Below, one piece after another: positions 62,351 to 64,000 of a DNA stretch of 64,000 nucleotides; within the stretch, counting starts at the first letter, position 1; the number at the start of each line of letters is the position of its first letter. A program made the position numbers and the translations under genes. Source of the DNA: Oscillospiraceae bacterium. Its GTDB lineage: Bacteria; Bacillota; Clostridia; Oscillospirales; CAG-272. The notes beneath the pieces are model-generated. The model ran no database searches, was not told the origin of the DNA, and was given only the letters and a program-made list of their open reading frames with translations. The stretch is taken from NCBI GenBank assembly GCA_015063485.1, contig SVUA01000002.1:1454-65453 (forward strand), in the 5' to 3' direction.

Positions 62351-63061
62351 TTATTTCAATGTATTAACGTATTCAAGAAGAGCATCAAAGTTTCCGTGAG
62401 GATATACCGAAATATCCTTCTCTTCCTTGTTGATAAGACAGTCCGTTAAAAGGAACACCTTCATTCCAAGCTTTTGTGCGATCATGTCCTCATCAACGTC
62501 GTTTCCGACCATCAAGCAATCCTCAGGATCGATGTTCAAAGCGTCAACGACAGCCCTGTAATAAAGAGGGTTTGGTTTACAGTAGCAAGAGTTTTCATAT
62601 GTAGTGAAAAGTTCAAAGTCTGTCGGTTCAAATCCTGCCCAAGCCATTCTCTTTTCGGTAGCTATCGACGGAAAAATCGGATTCGTAGCAAGAGCCACTC
62701 TAAATCCTCTCGCCTTTATCGCATCAACCGTTTCCTTTGCTCGTTTGTCATAACCGCAGGATACGCTTACCTTGTCAAAATCCTCGCGGTAAAAGGCGTC
62801 AAACTTCGGCTCGTCGGCTCTAACGCTCTCGCCGAAAATGTTCGCAAATGCATCCCAGAATACCGCTTCATTGGTCTTTGACCCATCGTTTTTAACCATA
62901 GCGCCCGTTCCCTTCCATATAGCCGCAATAAGCTTTTCCGAATCGTAGCCGTAAGGTGCTAAACGCTTTGCAAGTCCTCCGAAATAGGCTTTAACGAAGG
63001 TATTTTGATCCATAGGCAAAAGCGTACCGTCAAGGTCAAAAAGAATCATTTTTATTGACAT
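62351..63061 (-). CDS. HAD superfamily hydrolase
   Basis: Motif I is MILFDLDGTLL and the C-terminal motif is VGNDVDEDM. Confidence 0.8.
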   Translation of the reverse strand: MSIKMILFDLDGTLLPMDQNTFVKAYFGGLAKRLAPYGYDSEKLIAAIWKGTGAMVKNDGSKTNEAVFWDAFANIFGESVRADEPKFDAFYREDFDKVSVSCGYDKRAKETVDAIKARGFRVALATNPIFPSIATEKRMAWAGFEPTDFELFTTYENSCYCKPNPLYYRAVVDALNIDPEDCLMVGNDVDEDMIAQKLGMKVFLLTDCLINKEEKDISVYPHGNFDALLEYVNTLK

Positions 63062-63084
63062 TATTTGGATCTCGCTTTCTTTAA

Positions 63085-64000
63085 TTATAATCCGATATTT
63101 TTCAAAAATTCCTGCGTCTTTGCAGCAATTTCATCGGATATATTTCTATTGTAGTTCAATTCGTGAAACGATCTTTTTGCAGCACCGCAAAAAACCAACT
63201 TGAACCATCTGCGGACCTCCATAAACGGAGTCAAAAAGCGATATTTCTGCAGTATCGGATAGTGGAATTTAATAACGTCGTAAGGTAAAAATATCCTTGA
63301 TAGCGCATACCTTAAACGACCGCCCTTTTTCTGCTGTTGAACGGTGACTCGATTCTCTTGGCTTCCGTAAACTCCGCCGCGAAGAATATAGTCCTCCATT
63401 TGTTGAGATACAGGGTCGTGTTCGTCGCCGCAAAGCCAAACTCTGCTCAATTTCCGTACAGCTTCCGCAAACTTCAAAAGATCACCTTTGCGAAGCAGAT
63501 GATCACGTTTGTCAAGGTCAACATCCTTCATATTGTCCAATATCCAAAGATCGATAAAAGGCTTGATGCCGCAGCCTCCTACCTCAAAATGCTTCGCCAT
63601 GTGCGCGATATGATAGAAATAGAACATTTCGTCGGTCATTTCGTACATGGCTTGACCGTCTTTACAAACAACGCCGTTATCCCAAACCGATCTCAATATA
63701 GCCGATGATCCGTTTGCAACACCGTCCTCAACAAGATCATAATGCAATTCAACATGTGTTTTTTGGTCAGGCGAAAACAAGGATATATCATGTGAGCTTT
63801 TACCGTTATTTTGGTATCCGCATTCTTTTACCAGAATATTAGCCGCATTATCTACGTCTTCCTTGTGAACAAGAATATCTATATCACAGCTTGTACGCAT
63901 CCAAGGTTCAGGATAATGTTTGCGAATGATCGCACCCTTGAGCAAAACAAATGGAATACGCTCCTTTTGAAAGACATTGCAGACCCTATCAAGCTCGTAA
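63085..64000 (-). CDS. nucleotidyltransferase family protein (NTP_transf_5-like), N-terminus outside the window
   Basis: The motif LKGAIIRKHYPEPWMRTSCDIDILV is characteristic. The frame stays open upstream of the track's TTG start to the window edge (..YELDRVCNVFQKERIPFVLLKG..), so the gene is truncated by the window. Confidence 0.65.
   Translation of the reverse strand, partial: YELDRVCNVFQKERIPFVLLKGAIIRKHYPEPWMRTSCDIDILVHKEDVDNAANILVKECGYQNNGKSSHDISLFSPDQKTHVELHYDLVEDGVANGSSAILRSVWDNGVVCKDGQAMYEMTDEMFYFYHIAHMAKHFEVGGCGIKPFIDLWILDNMKDVDLDKRDHLLRKGDLLKFAEAVRKLSRVWLCGDEHDPVSQQMEDYILRGGVYGSQENRVTVQQQKKGGRLRYALSRIFLPYDVIKFHYPILQKYRFLTPFMEVRRWFKLVFCGAAKRSFHELNYNRNISDEIAAKTQEFLKNIGL

Noticed and set aside
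1-64000. A search for tRNA, rRNA, tmRNA or RNase P genes in the larger intergenic regions.
   Set aside because: I saw no cloverleaf-type GTTCGAATC/T-loop signatures or rRNA-like conserved blocks by eye. A tRNAscan or Infernal run would be needed to be certain.

Overview
This 64-kb chromosomal window looks like it comes from a spore-forming Firmicute of the Clostridia type. Supporting signs are CotF-like, ytfI/ytfJ and dac genes, GGAGG ribosome-binding sites, and many TTGACA-N17-TATAAT promoters with the Firmicute -16 TRTG extension. I see about 60 protein genes and no rRNA, tRNA or CRISPR array. From about 33 kb onward the content is mostly core housekeeping in conserved order: rnc-plsX, trmFO-topA-dprA-trmH, infC-rpmI-rplT, lon-engB, lysA, scpA-scpB-ytfI-ytfJ-dac-rluB, and a CpsC/CpsD/CpsB-type tyrosine-kinase module. 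The left half is accessory. It holds an ECF sigma factor translationally coupled to a 781-aa unknown soluble protein, and a cobalamin riboswitch in front of a DUF4430-like lipoprotein plus an ECF S-component-like protein. It also holds a 13.5-kb seven-gene operon: a giant solute-binding protein, two permease pairs, an NHL-TPR-Yip1 fusion and a 1241-aa secreted protein, with no ATPase. The remaining accessory genes are a minimal SufC/SufB-like pair, an MBOAT + AlgJ-like pair, a glutaminase-A-like hydrolase, and an AraC regulator with a LamG-metallophosphoesterase. The most unusual non-coding signal is a dense family (7 copies) of intergenic elements bounded by terminal inverted repeats, with modular interiors built from GTAG-headed GC-rich hairpins. 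A second 3-copy polypyrimidine/polypurine hairpin element directly abuts stop codons. All protein-family names come from motif recognition by eye. No database or HMM search was run, and regulatory coordinates may be off by 1-2 nt.
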